Positions 13,269 to 26,614 of a stretch of 64,000 bases of DNA are shown here, piece by piece. The stretch spans positions 18,104,001-18,168,000 of the forward strand of contig NC_043002.1 in assembly GCF_006345805.1 (NCBI RefSeq), written 5' to 3'. How positions within the stretch are numbered: position 1 is the first letter of the stretch; each line of letters starts with the position of its first letter. This stretch comes from Octopus sinensis (Eukaryota). Position numbers and translations under genes: made by a program. The notes below the pieces were generated by a model. That model worked only from the letters and a program-made list of their open reading frames with translations, did no database searches and was not told where the DNA came from.

Positions 13269-13452
13269 TGTTGTAGAGAATTAGTAATAATGGTTCACTC
13301 TTTCCACGTGACGAATGGAATAACCTAGTCACTATAAGTAAAGAGATGTACGTGAAGTACAAGAGTACGTGGTAGGCAGTCAGAGATAGTCGTGTCTACT
13401 AGTTTTTTCTAAGTGCACTGAACACCGAAGTCGGCGTTATATTAATCCAACA
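13269..13452 (+). mobile_element. 3' LTR of the Gypsy relic
   Basis: Starts TGTTG just after the PPT and ends CCAACA, giving TG...CA termini with a short inverted repeat. No matching 5' LTR was found in the window. Confidence 0.65.
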
Positions 13453-13861
13453 TTTTAAGGATATAACAGTTTGTTAGTCAAAGTTCTTTTGTCACCGGTC
13501 GAGACTTTTTCGATGAGTGTCCTTCAGTGGGTATCCCTCTCGCTCCATGGCTTCCACTGATCCTGTCCGAGAATTGGATTTATGCTTGTGTGCAATTATG
13601 CTTGTATGTAGGTGTATGTTTGCTTAGAAGAGGAGGTAAGGGTGAGAGTGAACAAAGTGTTTGCGTGTGTGCGTGTGTGTGTGTGTGTGTGTGTTGTGTG
13701 TGTGCGTTCGTATGCATGCACGCGCATACGTGTGTGTGTGTATGCCCGCGTGACGGCGCGTTCGTGTACTTGTGTGTTTGTGGGTGAAGTACTAGCCATC
13801 CGTGACCACTTTCATGGTTCAGTCATTTGTTCAAGTTCAGTTTGGCTTCAAATCTGCTAGT

Positions 13862-13990
13862 GTTCACTGGCCAGGGATACAGGCATCCAGCAACAGGACC
13901 TCCGTAATGCTATGATGGACCGTGAAGTTTGGCGTTGCATAGTAAATTCCATTGTCTCGAACACGGTCGAACAATAATGATGATGATCAC
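13862..13990 (+). mobile_element. RTE-type LINE extreme 3' end
   Basis: Near-identical to the reverse complement of 62365-62470 (gatacaggcatccagcaac...tccattgtctcgaac...(atg)n tail). Confidence 0.8.
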
Positions 13991-16038
13991 CGGTCATCCT
14001 ATTACGATTTATGAGTATAGAGAGGACAAGGTAGATCGGTATGTGTGTGTGTGTGAGAGAGCAATTGCGTGTGTGCGTATGAGAGAGAGAGAGTGTGAGT
14101 GTTTGTGAGTGAACATCTGCGTCCGCACGTAATGTGTGAGAGAGAGTGTGTGTATAAACATTTGCATGCACCTGTATGTGGTTAGGTGTGCGCAAGTGTG
14201 GTTGAGTAGATACTGTGAGTGTGTATGTTATTATATGTGAATGTGTGAGTGTTTGCTTCTGTAAATGTATTCCAGATAGTGTGTGTGTCTGTGTCCTTGT
14301 GTGTGTGTTGTTTAGCTGAATACGATATGAGATAATGTTTTCCGAAATAGAAATAGATGTCACGTTTAAATATGAAGTATTTGATTAACAGCGAAGCCAT
14401 TCCTTTATTTTAACCTTTTTATTTTATCTCTCCGCTGAAGGCAAAGTTCATCTTAGCAAGACTTGAAACCGGATTGATGTAAAGAGATAGAATTACGTAC
14501 CACATATACGTTAATATTATACAACTAGTTTATTTTAGTAACTGTTATTTCCCTTTGTTACATAATATTTCTCTATATTGTATCTCCTTTATATTGTGGA
14601 AGGTAACATATTAAGAATCTAAAATTATGTGTTTATTTAAATAAAAAATATTAAAAAAATATAGAAAGAAGATATGTGTCAGAAACAAAATAATTCAATG
14701 CTTTGTTATAATGGAGAGTATGAAGCGGAAGAAATAACTAACGTCATAGAAATTCAGAAATGAGTAATAACAAAAAAATTGGAAATAAACGGTGTAAGCG
14801 AAATGAAAGAAAGAAAACTGAGAAAGCAGCATAATCTATTATTTATAATGTTGATGATAACTTCGGTTCATTTTTCTTTAGAATCTGGTCAGGAAATTAA
14901 ATGAGACACAATAACGACGTGAACTGAAAAGATTAAACAAGGATGACTTTTAAAGTTACATGAATGGAAAAGTAAAATATAAAAAATAAAGGACGAATAT
15001 TCTATCGTTGTATTAAAAGATGTTAGCTCAAGGAAGGAAATTGTCTTACTTTGTTAGAAAATAATGTAACGAAAATGAATCCTTGCACAAAAATGTCGAT
15101 ACACGCTATATACATTATTGTGTTTGTGTAATACAGTATAATATTTTAGAAATGTTAAAAGATAAAAATATAGGTATGTGTTCGGTTAATTAGTTATTTT
15201 ATAAACGTTGTTGTACAACATTATAATAGCCTTGTTTGTACTCTTTGATAATTGAAAAACACCGCGATCAATATCATTATTTCCTTCTCACTATTTCGAG
15301 TACCATCAAATCATCTCCAAATAGTTTTATGTAATTTTACCATTAGCTTTTTTTTATTTCGCTGAGTATCATTTTTTTCTCATGCAAAGAGAAAAAGAGA
15401 AGACAAAACTGCTGTATGAATAATGGATCGGGTTGTTGGTGGGTCATAGGTCAGAAGTTCAGATGTGTTGCAGATATTTCACAGTTGTGTTCCTTGGCTA
15501 AAATCCTAAATAGACATTACTTCATGTCACTACACTGATGTTTAGCGGAAACTACTTGCGATAGACCACCACCCCATCCAGGACACATACATGGTATTTC
15601 TCTTTTATGTGTTTAACTATAAAGGAGCCCAGAGTTCAACATCAGTCCATTGGTGGTTATTCATAAAATGATTAACTGATGCCTTTTTAAAAAAATATAT
15701 TAATACTTGTCCCGATTATAAGTTATGAGTATGTACGGATGCAGGATAGCACAGCAAACCGAATTTAGTGAGTGTGTTTCATATAAACATTCTCTCATAC
15801 AGACCCTACAATGATATACTTCGGTTTTAGTATGTTCCATACGCAATGATAAGTAATGCCACATCTCAAGCGATAAATCAAACAGAGCCAGTCAAAATGG
15901 TGGAGTCTATACAAAATAAATATATGTCGGTGATGGTGTGCTCGACTGTATATTGGTATAAACATGATAATACACAAACATATTGTCTATCTGTCCCTAT
16001 GTTTTACTGACCTCTATTGCGTTTTTGTTCTATTTCTA

Positions 16039-16040
<2 letters not shown>

Positions 16041-16119
<79 letters not shown>

Positions 16120-16309
16120 ATATATATATGTATATATATATGTATGTATATATATATGTATGTATATATACATGTATGTATATATATATATGTATGTATA
16201 TATATATGTATGTATATATATATATGTATGTATATATATATATGTATGTATATATATATGCATGTATGTATATATATATATGTGTATATATGTATATATA
16301 TATGTATAT

Positions 16310-16381
<72 letters not shown>

Positions 16382-16497
16382 CATACATATACATACAGAT
16401 ATATACATACAGATATATACATACATATATATACATACAGATATATACATACATATATATACATATATATATATACATACATACATACATACATATA
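16041..16497. repeat. Long compound (TA)n/(TG)n/(TATG)n/(ACAT)n microsatellite
   Basis: Directly visible. It explains the YI/CV-rich ORFs in the track. Confidence 0.95.
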
Positions 16498-16511
16498 TTC
16501 TTTTGCACTCT

Positions 16512-16677
16512 GAGCATAAATTTTGGGGGAGGGCACCAGTTTATTAGATCCACCCCAGTATGCAAATGGTACTTAATTTTTCGACCTTGAAAGGATGGAA
16601 AGCAAAGTCGACCTCGGCAGAATTTGAACTCGGAACGTAAATACCGCGTGCTAACGTTTCTGCCATCTCGCCGCCTT
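16512..16677 (-). mobile_element. SINE family B
   Basis: Ends in ctgccatctcgccgcctt, the reverse complement of the aaggcggcgagctggcag head. Body gtcgacctcggcagaatttgaactc. Confidence 0.8.
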
Positions 16678-17859
16678 GAAAACTCTCAGATATTGACATG
16701 CTTGTTTCGATGTTGTGCGTCCTGGGGTCACTAATATAACTTCAAGTGTGTATGTCGGCGTGCATATCTATGTATATAAGTGTTTGCGTCCGATTTCGTT
16801 CGTGCGATTGATGTGCTAATACAATTATACACTCTTACACAAACAAGCACATATATATATATGCATACATAACTAAGTGAAAACATATATGCATATACAT
16901 ACATATATATATACGTTTAAGTAATTTATCAAAGTGTGTGTGTGTGTATGTGTGGTTTGTGTCTGTTCTCAAATAAACCTTTCACATGAAAATATTGATC
17001 AAAATGCATTTTTAAGTAAATAAGGAAATTTTCGAATACATCGTGTTTCGTGAATGGGAAAAAATAAAGATAATGATTCACGTACTTTTGCTCAATTTAT
17101 GTTAAATATAATAAAATGTCAAAGACTTGAAATTTTATTATTGTTATTAATATTCCTAAAGCATTACTGCACCAAAACTAGAAAATTAATGTCAATTCTT
17201 GAGCGTATTTATAATTTACACCGTTTTATATAAATACTCGTAAACTAAAATGGATTCTATATCACATTGTTTTTTTTCTTTTTCGCATCCATTTTCTAGT
17301 TGACATTGCATTTTGTTCCTTCTTTTTTGAAGGGTTATAGTACACAGACTTAGCATAATGGTACACTTTATTGAAACATCTTTAGTATAATAAATTTCAC
17401 ATTGTTTCAATTTCATCATGATTTCGAACGAATTGTAAATCCGCAGTAGCGTTATCTTTACGTCTAATCTTTTAGCAATTCTTCTTTCAAAAAATTTATT
17501 AACACAAGTAATCAACGCGCGTTCTACATTGTCTGCTTTTACCATTCTTCAGTTCTCGCTCATTTTTTTATCGCTCTTTATTTCTTCTCATAAATCATTC
17601 TCACTTCCAAAGTAGATTATGCTATTTTCAAAAATTCATTTTTGAAACTGTGTTCAGCCTAGATTAATTCGCTATTTGCGTATTTTTTTCTCTTTTTTTA
17701 AAATTTTTATTCTATTATTTGCTTTCGGGATGTTACAATGCAAATTTGAAAAGGAATTTTAAATTAATAAATAACTGTTAATACATTGCTATGATCACAC
17801 ACACAGACAGACATGTTAACACACACACATTTTATGTGTACGTGCACCACATATGCACG

Positions 17860-17890
<31 letters not shown>

Positions 17891-18258
17891 GCGCCTCTGT
17901 GTGTGTGCGCATATGTATTTAATTGTTAAACGAAAAACGTAAAGAATTTATTTATTTAGAATAGATATGTTATAATCCTTTTATAGAACATGCATTGTTA
18001 CTCAGGAGTATTACGAGACAATTAATTAACCTTTCATCAAACAACGATGTGGTTATGTTGCTTGTATACGCGTAGACAATTGCAGTTATTTTCTGTGTTG
18101 CATGCTGGGAAGTTGACAGGATAAGGAACTTAACATATGTCATCTACACAAATGTCATGGTAAACATATATGAAATATGCTGATCTCTTCCAACTAATAA
18201 ATTTGGTAAAAGTATACGTTCTTTAAGAACCAGAATTAAGTATTCCATATTATAATGG

Positions 18259-18567
18259 GGAGGCGCAATGGCCCAGTGGTTAGGGCAGCGGACTCGCGGT
18301 CGGAGGATCGCGGTTTCGATTCCCAGACCGGGCGTTGTGTGTGTTTATTGACCGAAAATGCATAAAAGCTCGACGAGGCTCCGGCAGAGGGTGGTGGCGA
18401 CCCCTTTTGTACTCTTTAGCCCCAACTTTCTCTCACTCTCTCTTCCTGTTTCTTGAGTAACGCTGCGATGGACTGGCGTCCCGTCAAGCTGGGGGGGGGC
18501 ACATATGCCATAGACACTGGGAAACCGGGCCCATGAGCCTGGCTAGGCTTGAAAAGGGCGCATAAGA
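18259..18567 (+). mobile_element. Full-length tRNA(Arg-like)-derived SINE, family C, with 12-bp TSD
   Basis: A-box tggcccagtgg, B-box ggtttcgattccc. TSD atattataatgg at 18247-18258 and 18568-18579. Confidence 0.85.
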
Positions 18568-18754
18568 ATATTATAATGGAAACTTAAAGAATTCTAAATC
18601 TTGTGTAGGGTTCTATATGAAGTGCAAAATTCTCCACAGAGAACTATATTGTATAAAAAGAACCCTTTAGGAGCTAGATTTAAAGTACGAAAATGTGTAT
18701 TAAATTGACATGAAAATAAAAAGACATCAGTATTCATGTCGGCAAGGCAATGTA

Positions 18755-18950
18755 ATTAGAAGTTTGTTTGTCAAGCACACAGTTTCGCGTTCAGTTTCAC
18801 TGCGGGGCACCTTGAGCAAGTGTCTTCTACTATAGCCGCAGGCCGATCAACGCTTTATGTGTTAAATCAGTTGACTGAAATAGTGTGGAAGTTCGTCGTA
18901 TGTGTGTGTATGTGTATGTAGGTGTGCGTGTGTGTGTGTCTGTGTGTGTA
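18755..18950 (+). mobile_element. SINE family A 5' half, degenerate
   Basis: gcaccttgagcaagtgtcttctactatagcc core followed by the microsatellite. Confidence 0.7.
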
Positions 18951-19039
18951 TGGATTGATTGATTGATGGATGGATGGATGAATGGATACAAGTTGTTCGA
19001 GCTAAATTTCATAGCTTGTATAAAAGGAAAAGAAAACAC

Positions 19040-19270
19040 TATGTCTGTCTATCAAGGGCGGTTTAAATTCCCGAGATCGATGGATGAGTTCTCTCCAGCG
19101 GTCCTTTTCCCACGTTATCGTTGCCATATCCTGTGTCTTCTAGAGACCAGTGTATGTCCTTAGGGCATCAACATATGTCATCCTCGGTCTCTCCCGCAGT
19201 ATCAATTCTTCATCTTCAGTGTATATTGGTTAATGTTCAGAGACATCTTCAGCATTCTCGTGTGAAACAC
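19040..19270 (-). mobile_element. RTE-like LINE 3' relic
   Basis: Minus-strand RERPRMTYVDALRTYTGL...RWRELIHRSR, typical of the RTE C-terminus. Confidence 0.5.
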
Positions 19271-19439
19271 AATCTCACACCCAAAAATGAAAGTATTTTT
19301 AAAAAGTGAAACAATACCAAGTAGATTATGGCTGCGAGATAACAACTTATTCAAAGTGAAAGCCCTCACTGCCACTACAGCCTGAAAATGACTGCCAGAT
19401 CTGTTGCATGGATTCCTTAAATGTTCCTAGAATGATCTC

Positions 19440-19568
19440 TTTTACTATTTTACTTGTGTCAGTTATTTGACTGTGGCTATGCTGGAGCGCCACCATTAGC
19501 GAACCACTAAGTTATGGGGGCGTAAACACACCAGCATCGGTTTTCAAGCGATGCTGGTGGGACAAACA
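19440..19568 (-). mobile_element. SINE family A 3' fragment
   Basis: tttgactgtggctatgctggagc...cgtaaacacaccagcatcggt...aagcgatg...ggacaaacac. Confidence 0.75.
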
Positions 19569-19570
19569 CT

Positions 19571-19805
19571 TTATTTCACGTTGCTCCAGTTCACTCAGCT
19601 GTAGAAATGAGTTGTGACGTCACAGGTGCCAAGCTGCATTTGCTGTTGCCTTTCCCTTGGATAACATTGGTGGCGTGGAGAGAGGAGGTCGGTATGCATG
19701 GGCAGCTGCTAGTCTTCCATAAACAACCTTGCCAGGACTTGTGCCTGGGAGAGTAACTTTCTAGGTGTAATCCCATAGTCTGTGTCGTGACAGAAGGGGG
19801 TCTCA
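19571..19805 (+). mobile_element. Probable SINE 3' portion of another family
   Basis: GC-richer block with ccagttcactcagctgtagaaatgagt, resembling conserved SINE central domains, and a LINE-like tail. Family not assigned. Confidence 0.4.
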
Positions 19806-20760
19806 AACTTGATTAAGTCTTAAATAGAATTTTATACTTAAATTTAATTGATAAATATTAAACCGGGATATATTTAGTGCTGAATTATTTTGGTTCTACA
19901 CACGTGGCTGAGATGAACAAGACTGTATGTGTGTGTGCTTGTCTGTGTGTGTGTGTGTATGTGTTTCAAATGTTTAATACATCAAACGCAAAAAATTAAA
20001 AGCATAACAAACGGAGGATTAGATACCAGATAATACACGAAAATTTCGCAACTGATTCCTCATCAGTCAATGTCCAAGACATCCTAGCGGTTTCAATGCA
20101 TTCATATGTACGATTGGGACAATATGTATGTTCGTGAATGAAAACCACTATTGGATAAAGGTTTTTCTTGTAATTTCAGGAATTTTATCTGGAATTACTA
20201 TGAAATATTCTCATATTGTATTATATAATACGTATACACATCAAATTCATTGTGTTTCGGAGACAGAAGCTTCAACAAACAAATATTTTTCAACCATAAC
20301 GTTGATATCTATAATCAGTTTGCAATAATCCCTGTATTTTTTATATACATTAATACTTTCTAATTGTTCTGAATTAGATTCCTCTTCAAACATCTATATT
20401 ATGATGTGTTGGATAATCATTGTGAAGTCATTTATATAAGTTATGTAGAAATTACTCCAAACAGCGTACATTGAGAGACAACATTAGCGAATGTTGGAGG
20501 GCTTCGCTATAGAGAGTGCAACGATACATTCTTAAGAGCATACACGAATACATATACGCATAAATGAATGTATTCACATAACTACGAATCTGTATATATG
20601 TAGACACTGTCAGATACAAATATGTATATTGATATATGCATACATACACACTCAAACACACACAGAAAGCTATAGTTACCTATAAAGATACTTATATGCA
20701 TCTAAATACGCGCATTATTAACGTATTCATGTTTGCGAGTATATATACTCTCTCTCTCTC

Positions 20761-21140
20761 TCTTAGTTGTTTCAGTCATTTGACTGCGGCCATGCTGGAG
20801 CACCGCCTTTTTTTAATCGAGATTTATTCTTTTGTAAGCCCAGTACTTATTCTATCGGTCTCTTTTGCCGAACCGCTAAGTAACGGGGACATAAACACAC
20901 CAGCATTGGTCGTCAAGCAATGCTAGGGGGACAAACACAGACACACAAAGATACACACGCATATATATATGTATACATATATACGACAGGCTTCTTTCAG
21001 TTTCCGTCTACCAAATCCACTCACAAGACTTTGGTAGGCCCGAGGCTATAGTAGAAGACACTGGCCCAAGGTGCCACGCAGTGGGACTGAACCCGGAACC
21101 ATGTGGTTGGTAAACAAGCTACTTACCACACAGCCACTCC
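20761..21140 (-). mobile_element. Full-length SINE family A
   Basis: Complete reverse-complement copy from the tRNA-like head (ggctgtgtggtaagtagcttg...ggttccgggttcagtccc) to the gactgaaacaac tail. Confidence 0.9.
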
Positions 21141-21317
21141 ATATATGAATATTTACATAAACACACACACACACACACATATATATATACATATATACAC
21201 ATATATGTTTTATGTCATGTTCGCCTTCTTGCTCGCTTTCTTCAGATTGTCTTAATGTACTTCTGATGCGTATATGTGTGTGCTTGCACATGCGTGCATA
21301 TATAAGTATGTATATGT

Positions 21318-21822
21318 AAAGATGGAGGGAGGAGAGGGGGAAGGAGAGGAATGTGACAACGGGTAGGGAGTGGAGTGGAGGAAGAGTGGAAAAGGGAGAG
21401 AGGAGAGGTGGGTGTAAGGGGAAAATACGGGAGAGGGGCAAAGAGGGGGAAGACGGGGGAGACAGAGGGCAGAGGCAGAAGAGGGAGAGGGGAAAGAGGT
21501 GTTCGAGGGGGAAGACGGTGGGACGAGGGGGCGAGGCGGAGGGAAATGAGGGGGATGAGAACGAGTGGGAGGGAAACGATGGGGAGGTGAAAGAGGAGGA
21601 GGGGAGGGAACGAAGAGGGTGAATGGGAGGAGAACGACGGGGAGAATACGAGGGAGAAGGGATGCACGGGAGGAAATAGGGGGGCAAGGGGGAAGGAGGG
21701 CGAATAGGGGAAAGGGGGAGATTAGGGGAAGAAGGGAGAAGAGGGGAAGTAAGAGGAATATAAGGAAGGAGAAGAAGAAGGGGAGGAGGAAAGAAGAAGG
21801 AAGAAGAGGAGGAAGAGAGAGT
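21318..21822 (+). repeat. ~500-bp purine-rich (G/A) low-complexity tract
   Basis: Almost entirely G and A on the + strand with no fixed period. Confidence 0.9.
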
Positions 21823-21859
21823 AAGGTGAAAATATGCTTACAAACAGGGAGATATAAAC

Positions 21860-21905
<46 letters not shown>

Positions 21906-21988
21906 GTGTGTGTGTGTATATATATATATATATTATATATATATATATATATATATGTGTGTATATATATATATATATTATATATATG

Positions 21989-22055
<67 letters not shown>

Positions 22056-22495
22056 TATGTATGTGTGTGTATGCATATATATATAAGACTATAAAGTCTG
22101 AAACAGGATTCAGTAAGATTTAATTTTCATTCATAGGAGATATTTTACTTCTACACTCTGAATATAAATGTTTCTCCGCTAGGGTTAATCGGCTTATTTT
22201 AAATCTTGAAAGATTTATTGTGAATCGCAATAATCTACCGCATATCATAGATTCTTACAGGTGCACCGAGGTTTTACTCTTATACTCGCATATTCATATC
22301 ACACATGTATATGTATATACGCATATGGTGGGCGGGGGAGATGTAGACATATATTTATGTGTGTATGTGTACATTAATATTTCTTATATCTATATTAATA
22401 ACTATTCAGGCGGTTTAGGGATTTGTCTTAATTTATATGCATATCAGTATATATAACTATATTATATATATATATATGTATTATATATTATATAT

Positions 22496-22531
<36 letters not shown>

Positions 22532-22555
22532 CTATTATATATATATATATATATA

Positions 22556-22770
22556 TTAGGGTTCAAGAAGTCTTTGGACAGTTCCTCAAGAAATCCCGGT
22601 TAACCCCTACATAACCCGGATATGTCTCTGTAAACAATAACTCTCTACTTGAGTGGGCCATAGTGCCCAAATTCTTGACTTGAAAGACTTCACCAGGTGG
22701 TGCTATTAAGTTAGACATGGCCTGGGCCAATAATGGCCGAAACCTATCAAAGTATCAAAGTATAAAGTAC
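22556..22770 (+). mobile_element. Short non-coding insert in (TA)n, possibly a Penelope-type terminal relic with a dead HHR
   Basis: Flanked by (TA)n. Contains ggcc-aataat-ggcc GAAAC but the CTGAnGA core is reduced to cctg. Confidence 0.35.
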
Positions 22771-23496
22771 ATATATATATATATATATATATAAATTATA
22801 TATATAATATATATATATATATTATGTATATATATATATTATATATCTATATATATATATATACATACATACATACATATATATTCTATATCTATATATA
22901 TGTGTATATATACATAATATATTATTTATACATAACTATATATATACCTTTATGTATATATAATATAATTATATATATTTATATATATATATATATACAT
23001 ATGAATATATATTATATGAATGCGAGCGCATGCGAGAAGAGTATATATTGATAAACACACACAAACACATATGTATATATATTTGCTATTTTATTATTTC
23101 TATTATATTCCGTCTAGTTTCAGGTTGAGGTCAAGATTTTCCACATGTTCTTGTGATTCTTTTTTCCTCTGTTTTCCTGAGGCTCCGATAATATTCGGTT
23201 TTATCATGATATTGTTAAAATCTCTCTCGTGCATATCATATTTTGATCTTTTGTTTTGGAGGCTGTTTGTTTTCTTATATTTTAAATCTTCTAACGCTGG
23301 TGTGAAATGGCTATAACATCTCGATTACAATAAACATTGTTTCTTTATCTTGTCTAAGACAATGATATCTTATTTGTTCTTTAGCTTTGTATCTGCTAGT
23401 TCTCCAAAATCTTACTACAGTATCGTCAAGGGCTTGCATTATTATTCCCACAAAATGCATACTTAATCAAAATGCTTATAAAAATTCCACTTAAAA

Positions 23497-23816
23497 GGTG
23501 TAAGAGTGGCTGTGTGGTAAGTAGCTTGCTTACCAACCACATGGTTCCAGATTCAGTCGCACTTTGTGGCACTTTGGGCAAGTTTCTTCTACTATAGCCT
23601 CGGGTCAACCAAAGCCCTGTGAGTGGATTTGGTAGACAGAAACTGAAAGAAACTCGTCGAATATATGTATATGTATATATGTATGTGTGTGTATACGTTT
23701 GTGTGTCTATGTTTGTCCCCCCAACATCGCTTAACAACCGATGCTGGTGTGTTTACGTCTTCGTAACTTAGCGGTTCGGCAAAAGGGACCGATAGAATAA
23801 GTACTAGGCTTACAAA
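23497..23816 (+). mobile_element. SINE family A, 3' end replaced by a hairpin
   Basis: The head and body are intact up to ggcttacaaa, where the hairpin at 23817-23915 begins. Confidence 0.85.
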
Positions 23817-25389
23817 GCGGAGGGGTAAAAGTGGTAACAAGAATAGGACAATAAAAACAAAACAAAACAGTAAAACTATATTGTCCTGTTCTTGTTTCCA
23901 CTTTTACCCATCCGCAAAAATTCCCAAATTTTATTTAATTTGCTTTGCAGGAAGGACTCTTTCGTGAACTCGCGTCTTGTCCTTACATTCGTAATGCGGA
24001 GTAACCGAAACAGGGACAACTGAAGAAGGGGAATATTCCTTGTGTTGTATGTCTTGTACTCTTTTTTTCCGTTCTTTGAAAAAAAGTCCGTTTCCATGTT
24101 TTTGTTTTTATGTTATAGTTTCTCATTGTGTTCAATGTTTTTTTTTTTGGTGTCCTGTACCCATATATGCATGTATATATACATATAGATTTAGGTATGT
24201 ACATATATGTATGTATATATGCATATGTTTATATATTATTTTGTTATTACATGTATATATATATGTGTGTGTTTGTGTGTGCGCGCGTGCGTTTGCTTGT
24301 ATGTATAAAACAAAACATCTTGTTACTTGAGATTCGTGCCGTCGCCTCCGATCTCCAAACGAAAAAAGTTGCGACTCAGCAACTTCGTTTGGCTATTCAC
24401 TTAAATTTCTGGACCTGGGTGTGGTCTCTTCCTTTCGCTGATTGGTTCGTTTTTGTTTCTGGTAGTTGGTTCTTAGAGTATCTGTGTCTTTTGATTGGTT
24501 GGATTTCATTTATAGGGAAGAATGTATTTTCTCGTTGCTGTTTACTTTCGTTGAATTTGTTCGTACGCGGGGTGGTGTAAGTATTTTTATCTTTACTTCA
24601 TTATTAATATTTTTCTGCTTTTATGGGGAAATTTCTTGGCAGAATTTATCAGTTAAACTCATTAAGGTTGTACATTAACCAGCGTAAGATGTGCGTTTAT
24701 TTCTTTATTTGTTACTGACTATATCTACTAAAGTCATTAAAGTTTCTTTCTTTGTGAAGCACCTGCGTATGTGTATATGTGTCTTATTTTTTCTCGCTGA
24801 ATTTGTTTACTAAATTCATTAAAATTTTTTCGGTTTGTTTTATGGATGTTGCGTGTATGTGCTTTTTTGTGCTCAAATTTGATACTTTAATTAAAAGTAC
24901 TTTAAGGAGAAATTTCATTTGAGGATGTTTAGTATCGTATTTCAAGTGTGCTGATATTAGGATTCATGGTTAAGTGGCTTAATGCGGATAGATTGACTTT
25001 GTATGTATCTGTATGGTTGCTCGTGTGCGTGTAAGCGTGTGTTTAAGTTCTTGCTTCAAGATCGCCGTCCATCACTTTCTTTTACTTTCTCTCTCTGTCC
25101 ATCTCTCTCTCTTCTCTCTCTCTTTCTTCCTCTCTCTTTCTCTCTCTCTCTTTTTCTCTCTCTCTCTCTCTCCTCTCTTTCTCTCTCTCTCTCATTCGTG
25201 TGCTCTCACTCTGTCTTTAAACGCATATTTTTGTATGTATGTGTGTTTGAAATATTGCTATGTTAAATACAATTTAGGATAAATTCTCAATCAGTACCGC
25301 GCATGAATATATATGCATACAAACATACATACATGCATACTTACATACGTACGTACATACATACATACATACATACATACATACATACA

Positions 25390-25426
<37 letters not shown>

Positions 25427-25429
25427 GCC

Positions 25430-25912
25430 CAGGAATTGTTGTGGGGTAAGAAGTTTGCTTCCCAACCATATGGGTCTGGGCTCAGTCCCACTGAGTGGCA
25501 ACTTGTGCAAGTGTCTTATACTATAGCCTTAGGCCAACCAAAGCTTTGTCGTATATATATATATGATGAGTGTGTGTGTGTGTGTGTGTTTCTCTGTCTG
25601 TCTGTATGTATGTATGTGTGTATGTATGCATGTATGCTTGTATTATGTATGTATTATATAGGCATGCTTGTATGCATGTATGTATATACGTATTTGTGTG
25701 TCTTTGTGCTTATGTTCTTCACCAACCACCGCTTGATAACTGGTGCTGGTGTGTATACATACCCGTAACTAAGCCGTCCGTCAAACGGACCTGATAGAAT
25801 AAGCACCAGGCTTTGAGAACCTATGTACTGGGGTTGATTCGTTCGACTAAAATTCCCCACGGCGGTGCCCCAGAATTCGTGCAGTCAAATGGCTGAAACA
25901 GGAAAGAGATAA
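25430..25912 (+). mobile_element. SINE family A, diverged full-length
   Basis: aagaagtttgcttcccaacc head, caagtgtcttatactatagcc core, long internal microsatellite, gcagtcaaatggctgaaac tail. Confidence 0.8.
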
Positions 25913-26614
25913 GATCTACATCAATTCTTCCTCTCCGAAGATGGAGCAGTCCGCTTATACACTAATATATAGAAAGCTTATTGCCATCTGCTGAGAAATG
26001 CATCATATCCACCATTCCCGCATCTATTCTGGAAACATCTGTAAGAGACTATCTAGGAAACACTCTATTCTATTCCAACAACTCTATTGTAAAGGCTCGA
26101 TAATTATATTTAGACATGTGTTCCATACTCTAAACTGATATCGATTGTTTGCCTGTTCCTTCTTCATTTCCTTCAACTATATGTAAACAAGTAAAAGATA
26201 AAAAGATAAAACAAAGATTATATGTGTGTGTGTATGTGTGTCTGTGTGCATGTAGGTATGTATCTTTATTTGTAGGTTAAGTCTACCATTGCTTTCATGC
26301 CAATAGAGAAATACGTTAACAATTACCAATTCTTCTAAAATTCTTCAAGGCAATGCTGCAGCATGGCTGCAGTCTAATGACTGAAGCAAGTAAAAGATAT
26401 TTACTTGTACGTGTCTAATCACTGCTGTAAGGCTAATTCTCCAGCAATCACTATCAGTGTATATAGGTATAACGTCGTGCCACAACGTTCAGAGGAGTCT
26501 GGTATAATTATTGTTGCTTTCTTGTATTGTTTTTAACTTTGCCAAGCTTCAGAGCAGGTCTAAAAATATAGACCAATGATAAGAGGTCATACAACCCTCA
26601 ATATCCTGCCTTAC

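Noticed and set aside
15964-16590. Long ORFs of 160-208 aa on both strands
   Set aside because: Translations of the compound microsatellite. The same applies to the other YI/CV/HT/LS-repeat ORFs in the track.
17216-17545. 109-aa minus-strand ORF
   Set aside because: No recognisable domain or convincing splice sites, and the length is near chance expectation.
20030-20072. Minus-strand CTGATGA...GAAA
   Set aside because: Stem II is only 1 bp and stems I and III do not pair convincingly.
21046-22086. Pro/Ser-rich and Gly/Arg/Glu-rich ORFs
   Set aside because: Translations of the polypurine tract and flanking repeats.
22721-22755. ggcc-aataat-ggcc-GAAAC hammerhead half
   Set aside because: The CTGAnGA core is deleted and there is no stem I. 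At best a dead relic.
24015-24050. CTGAAGA followed by a hairpin
   Set aside because: No GAAA or stem III follows.
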